Notes under the pieces: generated by a model
What the model was told of the DNA's origin: nothing
Seen by the model: the letters and a program-made list of their open reading frames with translations, nothing else
Database searches by the model: none
Translations under genes and position numbers: made by a program
Shown here: positions 31,777-43,800 of the stretch, in pieces
Layout: every line of letters begins with the position of its first letter
Position numbering within the stretch: position 1 is the first letter of the stretch
Assembly (NCBI GenBank): GCA_965217895.1
Contig: CBDCJV010000002.1
Span: 1,024,001-1,088,000, forward strand
Origin: Waterburya sp.
Lineage (GTDB): Bacteria > Cyanobacteriota > Cyanobacteriia > Cyanobacteriales > Xenococcaceae
Length of the DNA stretch: 64,000 bases
Reading direction: 5' to 3'

Positions 31777-32508
31777 ATGAACACCCCAAAACAGATTGTT
31801 GAACAGTGTGTAGAAAAATCTGACTCTAGATTCGATCTATGGATTCGTCTGGTAGACTCCTACAAGGTCAAAAGTATGGCAGAAGTGGGAGTCTATAAAG
31901 GTGATTTCGCTTATCAACTGCTCCAAAAGTGCGATTCAATCGAAAAATACTTTATGATCGATCCTTGGCGACACCTAAGGGACTGGAGTAAACCAGCAAA
32001 CAAAAATAACAATACTTTTGAAAAATTCCTCTTAGAAACAAAGGAAAAAACCAATTTTGCAGCTAATAAAACAGTAATCTTACGTGGCAAAACCACAGAG
32101 GTAATTGAGAAAATTCCCAATAATGCCCTGGACTTTGCCTATATCGATGGCGATCATACCCTCAAAGGAATTACGATTGATTTAATTCGTTTATTTGACA
32201 AAATTCGAGTTGGGGGCTGGATAGGAGGAGATGACTTTAGCCAATCAATTTGGCAGCACACTCCCAATTATGAACCGACTCTAATTTTTCCCTTTGCCGT
32301 ATATTTTGCCGAAGCTGTAGGGGCTAAAATATATGCCTTGCCTTATTCACAGTTTCTAATTGAAAAGAACGAAGTTGAATCATTTTCTTTTATAGATCTA
32401 ACAGGCAAGTATAATAATTTAGAACTTAAAAGCCAATTTAATCCCTTGGAAATTTTGAAAATTAAAATGATGGATGTATCTACTTTCCTGACTGGATTAG
32501 CAAAATAA
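31777..32508 (+). CDS. Class I SAM-dependent methyltransferase (Methyltransf_24-like)
   Basis: AEVGVYKG, DFAYIDGDHT, GGWIGGDDF. Confidence 0.85.
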   Translation: MNTPKQIVEQCVEKSDSRFDLWIRLVDSYKVKSMAEVGVYKGDFAYQLLQKCDSIEKYFMIDPWRHLRDWSKPANKNNNTFEKFLLETKEKTNFAANKTVILRGKTTEVIEKIPNNALDFAYIDGDHTLKGITIDLIRLFDKIRVGGWIGGDDFSQSIWQHTPNYEPTLIFPFAVYFAEAVGAKIYALPYSQFLIEKNEVESFSFIDLTGKYNNLELKSQFNPLEILKIKMMDVSTFLTGLAK

Positions 32509-32682
32509 ACCGCTTCCAGTTTGAAAGCCATAGTTCTTAGGTCAACTGTTCGCGGGATTAGGGACTAGAGACTAGGAAGATAAGTTGTTGGTAAAAACCT
32601 ACTGTTTTCTATGTAGTCGCGGTTTAAACTAAAAATTCAGTGTTTGAATCAAATATTTGAGGAAAGTAGCATTCAGTTCAAC

Positions 32683-32801
32683 TATAGTCATTTTAATGAA
32701 TTGACCTATGGTAGTTTGGTATTGATAACAAGGTTAAACGCTACTCGTTACTCGTTACTCATTACTTTTTTCAAAGACCACCTGGACTTAAAATGACTAT
32801 A
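32683..32801. mobile_element. MITE containing heptameric STRR-like tandem repeats
   Basis: Perfect 14-bp TIR tatagtcattttaa/ttaaaatgactata; internal (ttactcg)n at ~32741-32766. Confidence 0.7.
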
Positions 32802-32815
32802 AGTTGCTACCTTTC

Positions 32816-33526
32816 TCATCCTTCATTCCTTACCTTAACTGCTTCTAAGATGCGAGAATAGTAAAAGCTAACGCTAGTCATTCCCGTACGCTTAATTTCA
32901 AAACCATTGTCTTGTAAAATAGCAATGATTTCTGATTCTTTATGTTGATAAGCTCTCGTAGTTTTGGAAGGCCCTGGAAAGAACTCCCCAATTTTCTTCA
33001 ACACAAACAAGAAACAAGTCTTAGGCGCAAAGCTAAGAATTAAACGAGACTCTGCCAAAGATGCCAAGTGAGCGATCATTTTGGCAGCATCAACCGTAGG
33101 ATAGTGAATTAAAACATCTAGACAGATAACAGTATGATAATTACCAGTCAAGGTTTCTAGATCTGAGACTGTAAAATTAACCTGATTAGAATCGCTTAAC
33201 TCTGACTTTGCCTTTTCTTGGGCTTCTCCTACCATTTTTTCAGAGATATCGCTGGCAGAAACAGTCGCACCAGCTTTTGCCAAGGGAATACTCAGGCTAC
33301 CGACACCACACCCCGCATCACAAATTGAAATATTAGCTAAATTATCATCATCTTCTAGCCAGCCAAGGACAGTATCAATAGTTTGTTGATGTCCTTGGCG
33401 AATCTTTTTTTGAACCTTGTTGACATCTTCTGTTTTGCCGTAGATTCTCCGCCAGCGATCAAATCCCGTCTGGTTAAAATAATCTTTGACAATGGCTTTA
33501 TCGTTTTGTTTATCTGCTGTCTTCAT
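32816..33526 (-). CDS. chlM: Magnesium-protoporphyrin IX methyltransferase
   Basis: YFNQTGFDRWRRIYG, CDAGCGVGSL, CLDVLIHYP, FPGPSKTTRAY. Confidence 0.96.
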   Translation of the reverse strand: MKTADKQNDKAIVKDYFNQTGFDRWRRIYGKTEDVNKVQKKIRQGHQQTIDTVLGWLEDDDNLANISICDAGCGVGSLSIPLAKAGATVSASDISEKMVGEAQEKAKSELSDSNQVNFTVSDLETLTGNYHTVICLDVLIHYPTVDAAKMIAHLASLAESRLILSFAPKTCFLFVLKKIGEFFPGPSKTTRAYQHKESEIIAILQDNGFEIKRTGMTSVSFYYSRILEAVKVRNEG

Positions 33527-33831
33527 AAATTAATTTAAATATTACTCCCGACTCAGTATTGTATCTTGCTTATCTCCTCTCAAACAGCGAATTTTTGGCA
33601 GACTGTTACTAAATGCAAACATAAGTTAAAAATTTCTATATAGCCGAGAATCATGGTTTAATATCTCTTTAAGAAGGTCTTAAGATAAACAGCATGACAG
33701 TTTTTGGCGGTATTAATTTGCGAATGCTTTAAACAGGCAATAAATCTTCTCCTCGCTTTGTAAAGTACTTTTTCTTCTTAATTTCATATTTGTTTTTACT
33801 TTTTTATCTCTCATCACCAGGAGTTTATACG

Positions 33832-34041
33832 ATGAACCTTGAGTCAAATCAGTTGTCTTTAGAACAAGAATTTACCCACGAAGTTTTTGCGAACAAGATC
33901 CAAAATTTATCTTGTGAAGAAACAAAAGAACTATTAATCAAATTTCACAAGCACACACTGTTTAAAGAGAACTACTACAAAAAACTATTCCGTAAACAGG
34001 ATAAAAAGTTTGTTAACCAATTAATTGAAAGGAATAATTAA
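33832..34041 (+). CDS. nblA: NblA/Ycf18 family phycobilisome degradation protein
   Basis: LSLEQEF...IQNLS.EE.KELL motif. ATG 33832 follows an aggag RBS; the ORF-track start at 33790 is probably too long. Confidence 0.7.
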   Translation: MNLESNQLSLEQEFTHEVFANKIQNLSCEETKELLIKFHKHTLFKENYYKKLFRKQDKKFVNQLIERNN

Positions 34042-34187
34042 AGAGTCAAGTATGTTTAAAGCTTGCTTCTGTAAAAACAATAGATAGGCAAAAGCGTCTT
34101 GTTTGTAGGTTAAATATTTGTTTTGTTTTAGATAAACTGAGGCCAGATATTTTATAATCTACATCGCCCCACAGTTTCTAAAACACC

Positions 34188-35327
34188 ATGAACGATCGCA
34201 ATTCTTTTATCCGTTCAGATCTACTAAGGTTAGCTGTATATACACCCCACCCAGGAGGCGAAACTCCTGCATCTATAGATCGTCTGGATACAAACGAAAG
34301 TCCTCTAGATTTACCAGCCGAAATTAAATCTAAGCTGGCTTGGGCATATCAACAGGAGATAGAAGCTAATCGCTATCCTGATGGCAGTCATGAAGAATTA
34401 AAACAGGTGATCGCCGAATATGCAACCGAGTCGGCTAACGTTACTCAAGATCTGACTACCGCTAATATTTCTGTAGGCAATGGTTCTGATGAGCTTATTC
34501 GCTCGTTATTAATCGCTACTTGCTTAGGCGGCGAAGGATCTATTTTAGTGGCAACTCCTACCTTTTCTATGTATGGAATCCTGGCGCGAACTTTAGGTAT
34601 TCCTGTTGTCAGCATTAATCGACAAGAGTCAGATTTTGCTCTAGATCTAGAAATGGCGCAGCAGGCGATCGCCCACACCGATAGCCCACCTATACGAGTA
34701 GTGTTTGTGGTGCATCCTAATTCTCCTACTGGTAATGCCTTGGTTGCCAGAGAACTAGATTGGTTAAGAAGTCTACCAGAGAATATTTTAGTAGTTATAG
34801 ATGAAGCCTATTTTGAATTTAGTCAGACATCCGTAGTAAACGAATTGACTAAGCGTCATAACTGGATTGTGTTGCGCACCTTTTCCAAAGCCTTTAGGTT
34901 AGCTGCCCATCGTGTAGGATATGCGATCGCCAATCCTGATTTAATTAAAGTATTAGAGAAGGTGCGCTTGCCCTATAATCTGCCTAGTTTCTCTCAGACA
35001 GCAGCAAAGGTAGCCTTGCAGCAAAGGCAATTACTATTACCTTTAGTGACAGAAACCATCAAAGAAAGAGAGCGAGTATGGTCAATTCTTAAAGAGGAAA
35101 GCAAGCTGCAAGTCTGGCAGAGCAACGCTAACTTTTTATATCTCCGTCTTCAAGATATATCTTCTGACAAACATGAAAATGCTTTGGCGCAAATCACCAG
35201 CAAACTAAAAGCAGAAGGGACTTTAATTCGTCATACAGGGGGAGGTTTACGCATTACTATTGGTACTTCGGCTGAAAATAACCGTACTCTTGAACGATTA
35301 ACCGCATTTTTATCAGCAAAACTTTAG
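34188..35327 (+). CDS. hisC: Histidinol-phosphate aminotransferase-family protein (second paralog)
   Basis: [43 protein letters not shown]. Confidence 0.82.
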   Translation: MNDRNSFIRSDLLRLAVYTPHPGGETPASIDRLDTNESPLDLPAEIKSKLAWAYQQEIEANRYPDGSHEELKQVIAEYATESANVTQDLTTANISVGNGSDELIRSLLIATCLGGEGSILVATPTFSMYGILARTLGIPVVSINRQESDFALDLEMAQQAIAHTDSPPIRVVFVVHPNSPTGNALVARELDWLRSLPENILVVIDEAYFEFSQTSVVNELTKRHNWIVLRTFSKAFRLAAHRVGYAIANPDLIKVLEKVRLPYNLPSFSQTAAKVALQQRQLLLPLVTETIKERERVWSILKEESKLQVWQSNANFLYLRLQDISSDKHENALAQITSKLKAEGTLIRHTGGGLRITIGTSAENNRTLERLTAFLSAKL

Positions 35328-35375
35328 TTTTCGTTTCACAGACTAGGATTTGTATCTAAAAATTTGCTAACTAAA

Positions 35376-35402
35376 GGCAGACTAGATAGATCCAGTCTGC
35401 CT
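35376..35402. terminator. Hairpin between convergent hisC2 and iscA
   Basis: aggcagact-agatagatcc-agtctgcct. Confidence 0.6.
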
Positions 35403-35441
35403 AAGAAAATTATTCAATTCGCTAACTATGTCTTTTTGTTC

Positions 35442-35798
35442 CTATACGCCAAAAGACTTGCCGCAACCGCAGGTTTGAGCAGCATTAGGATTAGTAAATT
35501 CAAAACCGCCACCAATCATGGCGTTGCTATAATCTAAAACCAAGCCATATAAATATAAAAGGCTTTTTGGATCACAGACGATTTTAAATCCGTCATAATC
35601 AAAGACTTCATCGCCAGGTTGAATCTTATCTGGTTCTTCAAAGTCCATCATGTAAGACATTCCTGAACAACCACCTTGGCGCACTCCTACTCGAAGACAC
35701 AATTCCTGTCCCTGCTGCTCTTGCAGCATTTTAATATGCTTAAAAGCAATTGAGGTTAATTGAATGCCTCTTTCAACCGTTTTAGTAGCTTCTGTCAT
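35442..35798 (-). CDS. iscA: Iron-sulfur cluster assembly accessory protein (IscA/HesB)
   Basis: [28 protein letters not shown]. Confidence 0.92.
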   Translation of the reverse strand: MTEATKTVERGIQLTSIAFKHIKMLQEQQGQELCLRVGVRQGGCSGMSYMMDFEEPDKIQPGDEVFDYDGFKIVCDPKSLLYLYGLVLDYSNAMIGGGFEFTNPNAAQTCGCGKSFGV

Positions 35799-36056
35799 CT
35801 GTGTTGATAACTCCTTATGTGCTTATGTAAATCAGTAAAATACGTAATTTTATCCAGTTGCCAAAATTACTAAGAAATTTGTATGTTTTTGGTTTTAATT
35901 TCTTTTACTGTTTACGACTCTAATGTAATGATAACTCGGTAATATAATGCAAGTGTATCTAGAATCTTTAAGTAATTACTGGTGGAAAACTAAAAATCAA
36001 GCACATTTTAACGCTGAGTTTAAATAACCTTAATCTAGTTTTCCACCCTAAAACTT

Positions 36057-36392
36057 CTATTCGGCGACGCTATTAACGCTTAATGGTACTAAATCGCCAT
36101 AAATAGTAAACCCAAGCAGCATAGGTTCATTCTCTTGAATTAGCTTACCTGTAAGAGCGCAACTTTCATCTTTGCGGGCAGTTGCTTCAACGGTAGCGCG
36201 AATATCAGAACGAGCAAACTGAGGACGATAATCACCAGATTTCTGATGAACATAGTTCCAAAGAATATCTCTTATTAAAGCTTGATAACCCTGATTACCA
36301 GATAATTCTTTCAGCTTGTCTTTGAGACTACGCTCCAAGCGAATACTGGTAACTTCCATTTCAGTCGTAGATGTGCGAGTTAGGGTTCGCAT
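36057..36392 (-). CDS. Ribbon-helix-helix domain protein (conserved cyanobacterial)
   Basis: VTSIRLERSLKDKLKEL...GYQALIRDIL pattern typical of RHH. Confidence 0.72.
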   Translation of the reverse strand: MRTLTRTSTTEMEVTSIRLERSLKDKLKELSGNQGYQALIRDILWNYVHQKSGDYRPQFARSDIRATVEATARKDESCALTGKLIQENEPMLLGFTIYGDLVPLSVNSVAE

Positions 36393-36738
36393 TTTTTTTC
36401 CTCTAGATACTAGATATACACGGTACTATAAGTGTAGTATTAAAAACCCAGTTTGCAAAGCTTTTTCGAGAAATTTAATCTTTTTATTATCTCTTTTTGA
36501 GCGGATCTCTAATATAGCCAAAATATCGTGCCTTTGTGTAGATTAAGTTGCGATCGCTAATATTATCTCTTTAACGCTGTCCAAAAAGAACTTCGCATAT
36601 TCTTTAAATCCCAAACATATAAGAGCCTGTAGCCAACAAAATCTCAAGTATCGTCGCTGGAAAAAAATTACTAGCAGCTAGATAAAACCAAAGCTAAATA
36701 GCGGGGCAAATTTGCACTGAATAGCCATCTTACGAATA

Positions 36739-36865
36739 CAGGGTAATCGCCTCAAAATCTCAGAATGCTTAGCTAGCAAGGGTTTTCAATTTTTACAATT
36801 TTACGAACCGATTTGCCGAAAGCCCTGTCTTGTATGAATTTTAAAAATTAGGTGCGATTACCCTG
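36739..36865. mobile_element. Probable MITE (127 bp)
   Basis: Perfect 12-bp TIR cagggtaatcgc/gcgattaccctg; no clear TSD. Confidence 0.6.
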
Positions 36866-36904
36866 CTGACAAATAGGCTGTTAATTTAACAAAAATTTAC
36901 ATTA

Positions 36905-36938
36905 TCCGTTAGCAGATTTTGGCTAGCGGGTTTTTTAT
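36905..36938 (+). terminator. Rho-independent terminator-like hairpin with no coding gene upstream on this strand
   Basis: ccgttagc-agattttg-gctagcgg followed by gtttttt. Confidence 0.5.
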
Positions 36939-37105
36939 TGCTCAAATTCACTTTTAACAAAATGAACAATTAAACAGTGATTTGTGTCAATGTCAATAGC
37001 ACAAAAATAGTCAACAGTTAAGTATGGACTTAAACCAAATGAATATCAAAAAAACCTAAATCAATTATTAAACAAAAATTATATGCCGAGGGAGCAGAGT
37101 ATCTC

Positions 37106-37486
37106 ATGTTAAAAATCACTTATTTAGAAGAAGCAATCTACCTCGAATATTTAGAAGAATCTATTGAAGCCTGGAAAGCCAACAGAATTCTAGTTAGTTT
37201 ACGTGCAGGAATAAACATTTTTATAGAATCTAGTACTGCTTGCTTAGTAATTCCGATAGATAGCCGTTATTTAATAGACATAGCTGAACTAGAAGCAAAA
37301 CAACTGATCGAAGTATTTCCCTGTGATGAACAATATCTAGAAGTTGTTGTACCTGGGGCTTGGGTAAGCCAAAGTGAAGATAGTGAAGAAGGTATCTTTG
37401 TCTGCGATCTTAGTCTTGGTGGCGAATATCTGCTGTACAGTATATGGCAGGAATCTCAAGTAGGTTCTTCACTCTTTATTGATTAA
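37106..37486 (+). CDS. alr0857-family conserved cyanobacterial protein
   Basis: MLKITY.E...LE...E.W...R...SLRAG...ESSTA...G.W......EEGIFV pattern. Confidence 0.7.
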   Translation: MLKITYLEEAIYLEYLEESIEAWKANRILVSLRAGINIFIESSTACLVIPIDSRYLIDIAELEAKQLIEVFPCDEQYLEVVVPGAWVSQSEDSEEGIFVCDLSLGGEYLLYSIWQESQVGSSLFID

Positions 37487-37555
37487 ACGATGTTTTTGTA
37501 AATATCTTGCGGCTTTAGATATTGTCTATTTCATTCTCTCTATCTCCAGTAAAAT

Positions 37556-39001
37556 TTACCCGTCTAACTCACCTTCCATAGCGGTTGATAAAGCTTTGGT
37601 TGTGGTTTCTTTAAATTCGCTGACGTTAACGTTTGCCAAAATAACTATTGCCAAAACCATGAATACCGCTTGAATCATAAATACCAAACTGTAAGCCAAA
37701 AGAGGCGTAGCAAAGAAGCTTTTACCAAGATCTAAAACAACTCCACCAGCAAGAGTAGCCAAACCTCTAGACATTGCTTGAGCCAATCCCCAAGCACCAA
37801 TAAAAGTACCAGCAGTTGCAGCAACGGTTAAATCCAACATTAAGCTAATACCGCCGACAGTAGCTATTCCCGCAGCTATCCCAAATAAGGCGATCGCTGT
37901 TTGCAGCATTTTTGGCTGTTGGGTAAAGCCAGCAGCAATAATTAAAGCAAAACAAATAGCAACGCCAATACAGCCAATCTTGGTAGTAGGTTTTTTGCCT
38001 AGATTGGGGATAATCAAAAATCCTGTAACTCCATAGCCGAGTAAAATTCCTATACCCCAAAAAGAATTTAACTTAGTCGTTTCGCCGATACTCATCCCAA
38101 ATACTTCCCCGCCATAGGGTTCAAGTATCGCTTCCTGCATAAATAAACCAATTGTCAGAATAGACAAAAAAGCGAAGAAAATGCCTGTTTGACGGCTGGT
38201 AGTTAGAACTTTAATTGCTCTACCAATAGTGATGCTGTCTTCCCTATTGGCTGCAATATTACTAGTAAAGCGTGAATATTTCTTTTCTACTCCCCAAGTG
38301 GCAATTAAAGCTAACCCCAAGACTAAAAAGGGAACAAAACTAAAGACAGAATTAATCGGTGGCTGAAGTATTTCCAAAGGAATATTACCTGCTGAGATTC
38401 CTTCTATTTCAATCTTTTTAAAGACGACGCTGCCTGTAATTCCACCAATGACTATACCTATCATCAACATTGACCAAACTACCGCGATTAATTTAGAACG
38501 CCTTTCTTCTTCGGTGATGTCTACAAGTAATGCCGTAAAAGGTGTTGAACTACAGCTAATCCCCAAACCATAAATAGCCATAATTAAAGCTAATAAAGCA
38601 CTCCAGCCAATAGTTTGCGTATTCCAAAGCCAACCGCCACTCTTTTCTACCACAGTACCCAATTGCCACATTATCTGTACAGCCAACCAGACTGCCAAAC
38701 CAAAAATTACAGTTCCCACAAGAACATAATTGGTTCGGTGTTTGCCTAGTATTGGCTTGTTATCTGAGAGTTGTCCAAACCATACTCGTGCAGGAGCAAC
38801 AAATAAAGATGTAGCTAAAATTCCGCCAGTAATGGTTGCTGGAATACTAAGCTCACTAATCATTACCCGATTTAAGACAGCTAAGGTTAATACCGCCATC
38901 AATCCTAATCCCAGATTAAATAAACCCAGACGGAAGATGGTTAGCATTCCTATCGGACGCTTGGGACGAATGGTATCTAGATTTGACTCAGAAATTGTCA
39001 T
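37556..39001 (-). CDS. BCD/PucC family MFS transporter
   Basis: FRLGLFNLGLG, LNRVMISEL, LEPYGGEVFGM, AGTFIGAWGLAQA. Confidence 0.9.
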   Translation of the reverse strand: MTISESNLDTIRPKRPIGMLTIFRLGLFNLGLGLMAVLTLAVLNRVMISELSIPATITGGILATSLFVAPARVWFGQLSDNKPILGKHRTNYVLVGTVIFGLAVWLAVQIMWQLGTVVEKSGGWLWNTQTIGWSALLALIMAIYGLGISCSSTPFTALLVDITEEERRSKLIAVVWSMLMIGIVIGGITGSVVFKKIEIEGISAGNIPLEILQPPINSVFSFVPFLVLGLALIATWGVEKKYSRFTSNIAANREDSITIGRAIKVLTTSRQTGIFFAFLSILTIGLFMQEAILEPYGGEVFGMSIGETTKLNSFWGIGILLGYGVTGFLIIPNLGKKPTTKIGCIGVAICFALIIAAGFTQQPKMLQTAIALFGIAAGIATVGGISLMLDLTVAATAGTFIGAWGLAQAMSRGLATLAGGVVLDLGKSFFATPLLAYSLVFMIQAVFMVLAIVILANVNVSEFKETTTKALSTAMEGELDG

Positions 39002-39291
39002 TTTATTATTGATTTAATTTATAAGTTTCCAAGGTATTAATATTCAAAACCTTGGAGTCTAAGCTTTTCGATTATTCTACATAAACAAGGCGGATGAATT
39101 ATCGCGATCGCTCGTTCGGCAACTGGAACGAGTCATGGAAAACAGCAATTACCTTGTCAGGATCGTGGCGATTATAAAATTATTGGTCAAACGGTGAATT
39201 ACGCATAACTTAATCTGTAATTATCTTATTTTTCAAAATTGTTTAGTAAACTAGATAACCATATATATATTTACTTTTATCGCTGCTGGTT

Positions 39292-40581
39292 ATGATCTAC
39301 GAATCAAAATTAGATAATCAATCTAGTAAGCTGATTAATCCAGCACAGCTATGTTTACTAATATCCCTTGTTCTGCATCTGCTGGTTCTCAAGTTTGGTT
39401 TACCCAGCCTAAAATTCAACAATGACTCTAGCAAGAGAAAAGTTTCTGTAATTGAGCTTAACCCAGAACAACAAGCTCGTTTACCCAATTTATCACCTCA
39501 GTTAAATACTCCCAATATCAATAATCTGCCACCAGTTGACGATAGCGAACCTGCTGCACCTTTTGCCATACCTCGTTCTTTATTTCCTGGGTTAGGAGAT
39601 CCTTCTAATTTACCTCCTGTTGCTATTCCTCCTCCTCCTAATTTTGATAATCTTCCTCCTCTGCCTCCCATAACTGATATTACTTTGCCTCCTGTTAGCA
39701 ATTTATCAAAACTTCCCTTACCACCAAAGATCGATCCTGGTGATTTTAAGGTAGATCCATCTAAAGTTTCGCCTGCTAACCCAACTAAAAAACCTGGACA
39801 ACCTTCTAAGCCAGAAAATGCACAACAAGCTCAAAAATCACCTCAAACAGCAGCTAAACCAGATCCAAGACCTCAAGAAAAACCAGAGCCAAAACCTCAA
39901 ATAGAGCCAAAACTCACTCCTAAACAGGTTGCAGCCAAAAAGGTTGATAATTCTCAAAAGCGCATTGCTAATTTGACTCAAAGCTTGACTAAAAATGAGG
40001 AGGGTATGACCGATGAGGATGCCAGCAAAAACTATATTGCTTGGCTAGCCAAGGTAAAAGAAGTAAAGCCTGACGAGATTGAAGCAACAGGGACTTATCC
40101 ACGAGATGCCTGCATTAGAAGACTCAAAGGGACTAGTGTATTTGGAGTTGTCGTCAATGCCAAGGGTGAAGTTGTCGATCTAGATTTAATCAAAGGTGCA
40201 AAATATCCTATTTTTAATATACAGGGGGTAGAAGATCTCGCTCAGCTTGTTTTGGAGAACAAAACAAAAAAACCAAAGCCCTATCAGGTAACGCTCAATT
40301 ATGAATATGACCCCGAAGTTTGTCCTTCTTTGACATTGCCATCTATTGAAAGAGCAGAAGAGAAACAAAAAGCTGCACCAGCACCAGCACCGAAACCAGA
40401 GCCTAAACCTGAACCCAAACCCGCACCAGCACCAGCACCGAAACCAGAGTCTAAACCCGAACCTAAACCTGAACCACTGCCATCATTACGAGATCAGATA
40501 AGAAATATAAAACTTCCTAATCGCAAACCTTCAGATTTGAAAGACACCCCCTTGCCTGAAAAACCAAAGTTTGAACCATAA
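39292..40581 (+). CDS. Proline-rich TonB-like protein
   Basis: TM with S..LH (ISLVLHLL), Pro-rich linker, YP..A....L.G TonB C-domain motif, PKPE repeats. Confidence 0.72.
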   Translation: MIYESKLDNQSSKLINPAQLCLLISLVLHLLVLKFGLPSLKFNNDSSKRKVSVIELNPEQQARLPNLSPQLNTPNINNLPPVDDSEPAAPFAIPRSLFPGLGDPSNLPPVAIPPPPNFDNLPPLPPITDITLPPVSNLSKLPLPPKIDPGDFKVDPSKVSPANPTKKPGQPSKPENAQQAQKSPQTAAKPDPRPQEKPEPKPQIEPKLTPKQVAAKKVDNSQKRIANLTQSLTKNEEGMTDEDASKNYIAWLAKVKEVKPDEIEATGTYPRDACIRRLKGTSVFGVVVNAKGEVVDLDLIKGAKYPIFNIQGVEDLAQLVLENKTKKPKPYQVTLNYEYDPEVCPSLTLPSIERAEEKQKAAPAPAPKPEPKPEPKPAPAPAPKPESKPEPKPEPLPSLRDQIRNIKLPNRKPSDLKDTPLPEKPKFEP

Positions 40582-40650
40582 ACTCAAAGCCCACTTAAAC
40601 GGCGAGACACATATTGCTTACGTCTTAATACCGTTCGGTTAGTAAATCTT

Positions 40651-40751
40651 ATACCATTTTAAATTTACAACATGACACATCGTTTTCTGTAGGGGCGAAC
40701 GGTCGTTCGCCCTTACAATTAATCTGTAGCGGATACAATTTAATTTGGTAT
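40651..40751. mobile_element. MITE (101 bp) with central REP-like palindrome
   Basis: ataccattttaaat...atttaatttggtat ends; gtaggggcgaacggtcgttcgcccttac core; second copy at 215-430. Confidence 0.8.
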
Positions 40752-40810
40752 TAGAAGCTTAAATTTAAATACTTTTGACTTTTGACTGTGGAAAAATTCT
40801 AAATATCCAA

Positions 40811-43800
40811 CTAAATATCCAAGCTTAGCTGAAGATAGTTATATTTTGCCTCAGCAGCTTTTGACATAGACATAGAAAGATTATCAGTTTGCTCGGCAGA
40901 CCAAAACAAGGAATTGCCAGGACGTTGGTGGTCTACTTTTAACCAGTGGCTAAATATTTGTTCTCGTCGATCTATGGGGGATAGTATTTGATAGACTCTA
41001 ACTCTCTTTTTGTTGATGCTTTCATAACGCATACATTTAAGTTTGTAGCCAATTTTAGCGAGAAGACGACTGACTATGGTTACAGGAGTGAAATTCTTAG
41101 CGATGCCAATGTTGAGGATTGTTTTGATTTCTGAACGATTATTATGAGCGATCGCACTGAGAGACTGTAAATCAGCATCGGTATTACGTAATTCTCTCTT
41201 TGTATCTTGTAACAAGACGGGAATACCCATTAGCTCTAATGTGCCAACAATCGCCCCAAGCTGGGAGTTATTAAAATCAGGTAAAAATAAACTGCCATTT
41301 CCCTGTTCAATTAGCTTGCGGGCAACCTGAGTATCGCGATCTGCTAGGTAAGGACGACCAACTGTTAAAAAGTAATGTAGCCTAATTTTTTCATACCATC
41401 CTTCATCATCTAAAGATACTAACTCAGGAGTGATCGGTAGATTGTAGCGTTGATGCAGTTCGTGTTTTTTGAGTTGACGGCGATTGCTTAAAGACTTGAT
41501 TAAGCGTTTTTTGAGAGTCTGATACTGGCGAGTATTGAGATCGGTAGAACAGGCGATCGCTTTACATTCTGCTAAATAGTTTTGGGTACTGATTTCGGTG
41601 ATCGCTGCGACTAAACTATTATCGGCTTGAGATTCTACTTGATTTTCTAACTCCTCAAACTTAATCGTAGCTGCGTCTACTATTTGATGTCCTTCGGCTT
41701 TTAAGCCCGCCAAAATAGAGTGGCGATAATTGCTTGCGCCTGCATTAAAGCGTACTGCCATTTTTGCCCAACACAGCAAAGATTCTGCTTGAAAGCCTGT
41801 GTCTAGGTCATCTAGATAGGCAAAGTCTGACTGCTGTAACAAGCGGATATTTAGCTGAGTAAAACGCTGACTAGAGCTAAGTAAAGCAGGAATGGAAGTT
41901 GAACCATTACCGATTTTATTAAAACTATAGTTGGCGCACCAAAGATGTCGAGGGACATTTTGCCGTAAACGGGATAGAGTCTGACGGACGGCGTTTTCTG
42001 CCTGGATGCCTTGAGCGATCGCCCAAACAGAGGTAAAGTGATTTTTTAGTTCAATGGATATGCCTGTTTCAATTGAAGGACTAGCCACCACGATATCGTA
42101 TTGCCATAAAACTTGTTCTAGCTGAGCAAGAGAGCCATAAGCAACGTGGCTAAGATCGGCAAGGGACTCGGAATCTAGACGCAGAATTTTTTTAGCGGGA
42201 AACTTCTGTTTTAAATAAGCTTCTAAAGTTTGAGTACTCCATTTACTAGTCAGCTTTTGTGCCGAGAGACAAATAAATGGTTTGCCTCCTTGTTGGATAT
42301 GGGTTTCTAGATTAGCGACTAGTTTTTTTGGACTTTTGCCCTCATAGTTGTATACCTGCCATGAGGTCTGCTCGTCATGTTGCCAAATATTATGAACAAT
42401 ATAGGGCTGAATCTCTACTCCTGATAAAGCAATCAAATAATCTAAGGCAATATTGCTCAAGTCCGCATCCGCTATGTATACCTGTCCGCGATCGCCTAAA
42501 ACATTCTGGATCAAAGTTTTAAATGACTTTAAAATCTCAACTCGTCTGTCTTTACAAGTACTAGAATTTAAGCCATGCCACAATACTTGCTCTACTTCAT
42601 CAATAATTACTAGGCTATTTGACCAGCGATCGGGGTTAAATTTTGCTTTAGAAGAGCCATGCAAAGAATCAATACAAAGACCATAACCTAAAGCTGCTCG
42701 ATCGCTACAGTCTTTGTCGGTGACGTAACTAAGTCCAAACCTGCTGCATAATTCTTTGACTAACTGCACTCGATGCCCAATGACTAAAACTTTTTGCCCA
42801 CGAGCGATCGCTTGAGCGACTATTTTCTCAAGAAATCTTGTTTTACCAGTGCCTTTAGCTGATTTAATACCGACTAACTTGGTTCTGGGTGGTATATCTA
42901 ACTCTGGCAAATAACGGCTATTTAGCTGAACATCCGTAGAATGAGTCAAATTTGTCCAAGATTTTGCTTTCCAGGTTTCTAAATCTACCGCCTCATCAAA
43001 AGCCTGGGCAAAATATTCTTGACCATGATTAATAATTAGATCGTCTACACCTTTGCCTAGCTGACTATTCCAGGTAACAACTTTGACTTGACAACCAGCT
43101 TGCTGTAACAAATAGCCTGTTTTTCTAATTGCTGCATTGACTGCCTGAACGGTTTTTGGTTTAGAATCTCGGTCAAAGACAATGTATATTTCTCGTCCAG
43201 GGGTAGCCAAGGTAGCCAACTGAGGAATCAAATGAGATTTAGCGATCCGTTTACCATCGGCATCTTTAGGAGTCCGATAACCATTATTAATGCCTGGTAA
43301 AGCGATCGCACTATAGCCAGCAGACAATAATGCTCCTGCTTTTTTTGCTCCCTCGGTAATACAGAGAGGAACTTGAGGATTATTTTTTAACCACTGCCAA
43401 AATCCCAAGTCAGCCTTGTTTTGAACAATATCCTGTAGAGTAATTTTAACTTGAGCGCGATCGGCAATTTTCTGCCACAAACTAAGAGGAACTTTAAGCG
43501 CGAATAAGCCTGTGGCAGTTTTAGGGGGATGCTCATACTTAATAATTTTATCAGCATCATGGCGCGGGCGATCGGGCTTAAAACAACCCCAGATATCTTC
43601 TTCGCCACTCAAAATATCGATGCCAGAACACCACCATCCTCCAGCATCAATATGGGCATAACGTTGAAGAAATCTTGCATTAATTCTGCCGTCATTTCTT
43701 CTAGGGATAGAATTTGAGTATAGTAAATATTCCCCAGGGGATTCTCCCTCAAGGTTAACTACGTTTAAGCGGGTTAACTCTTCGTCTACGCCACTTGCTT

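Noticed and set aside
40375..40470. 48-bp tandem duplication in the TonB-like gene, and the WQV triplet repeat at ~18462-18493
   Set aside because: These are ordinary low-complexity coding repeats.
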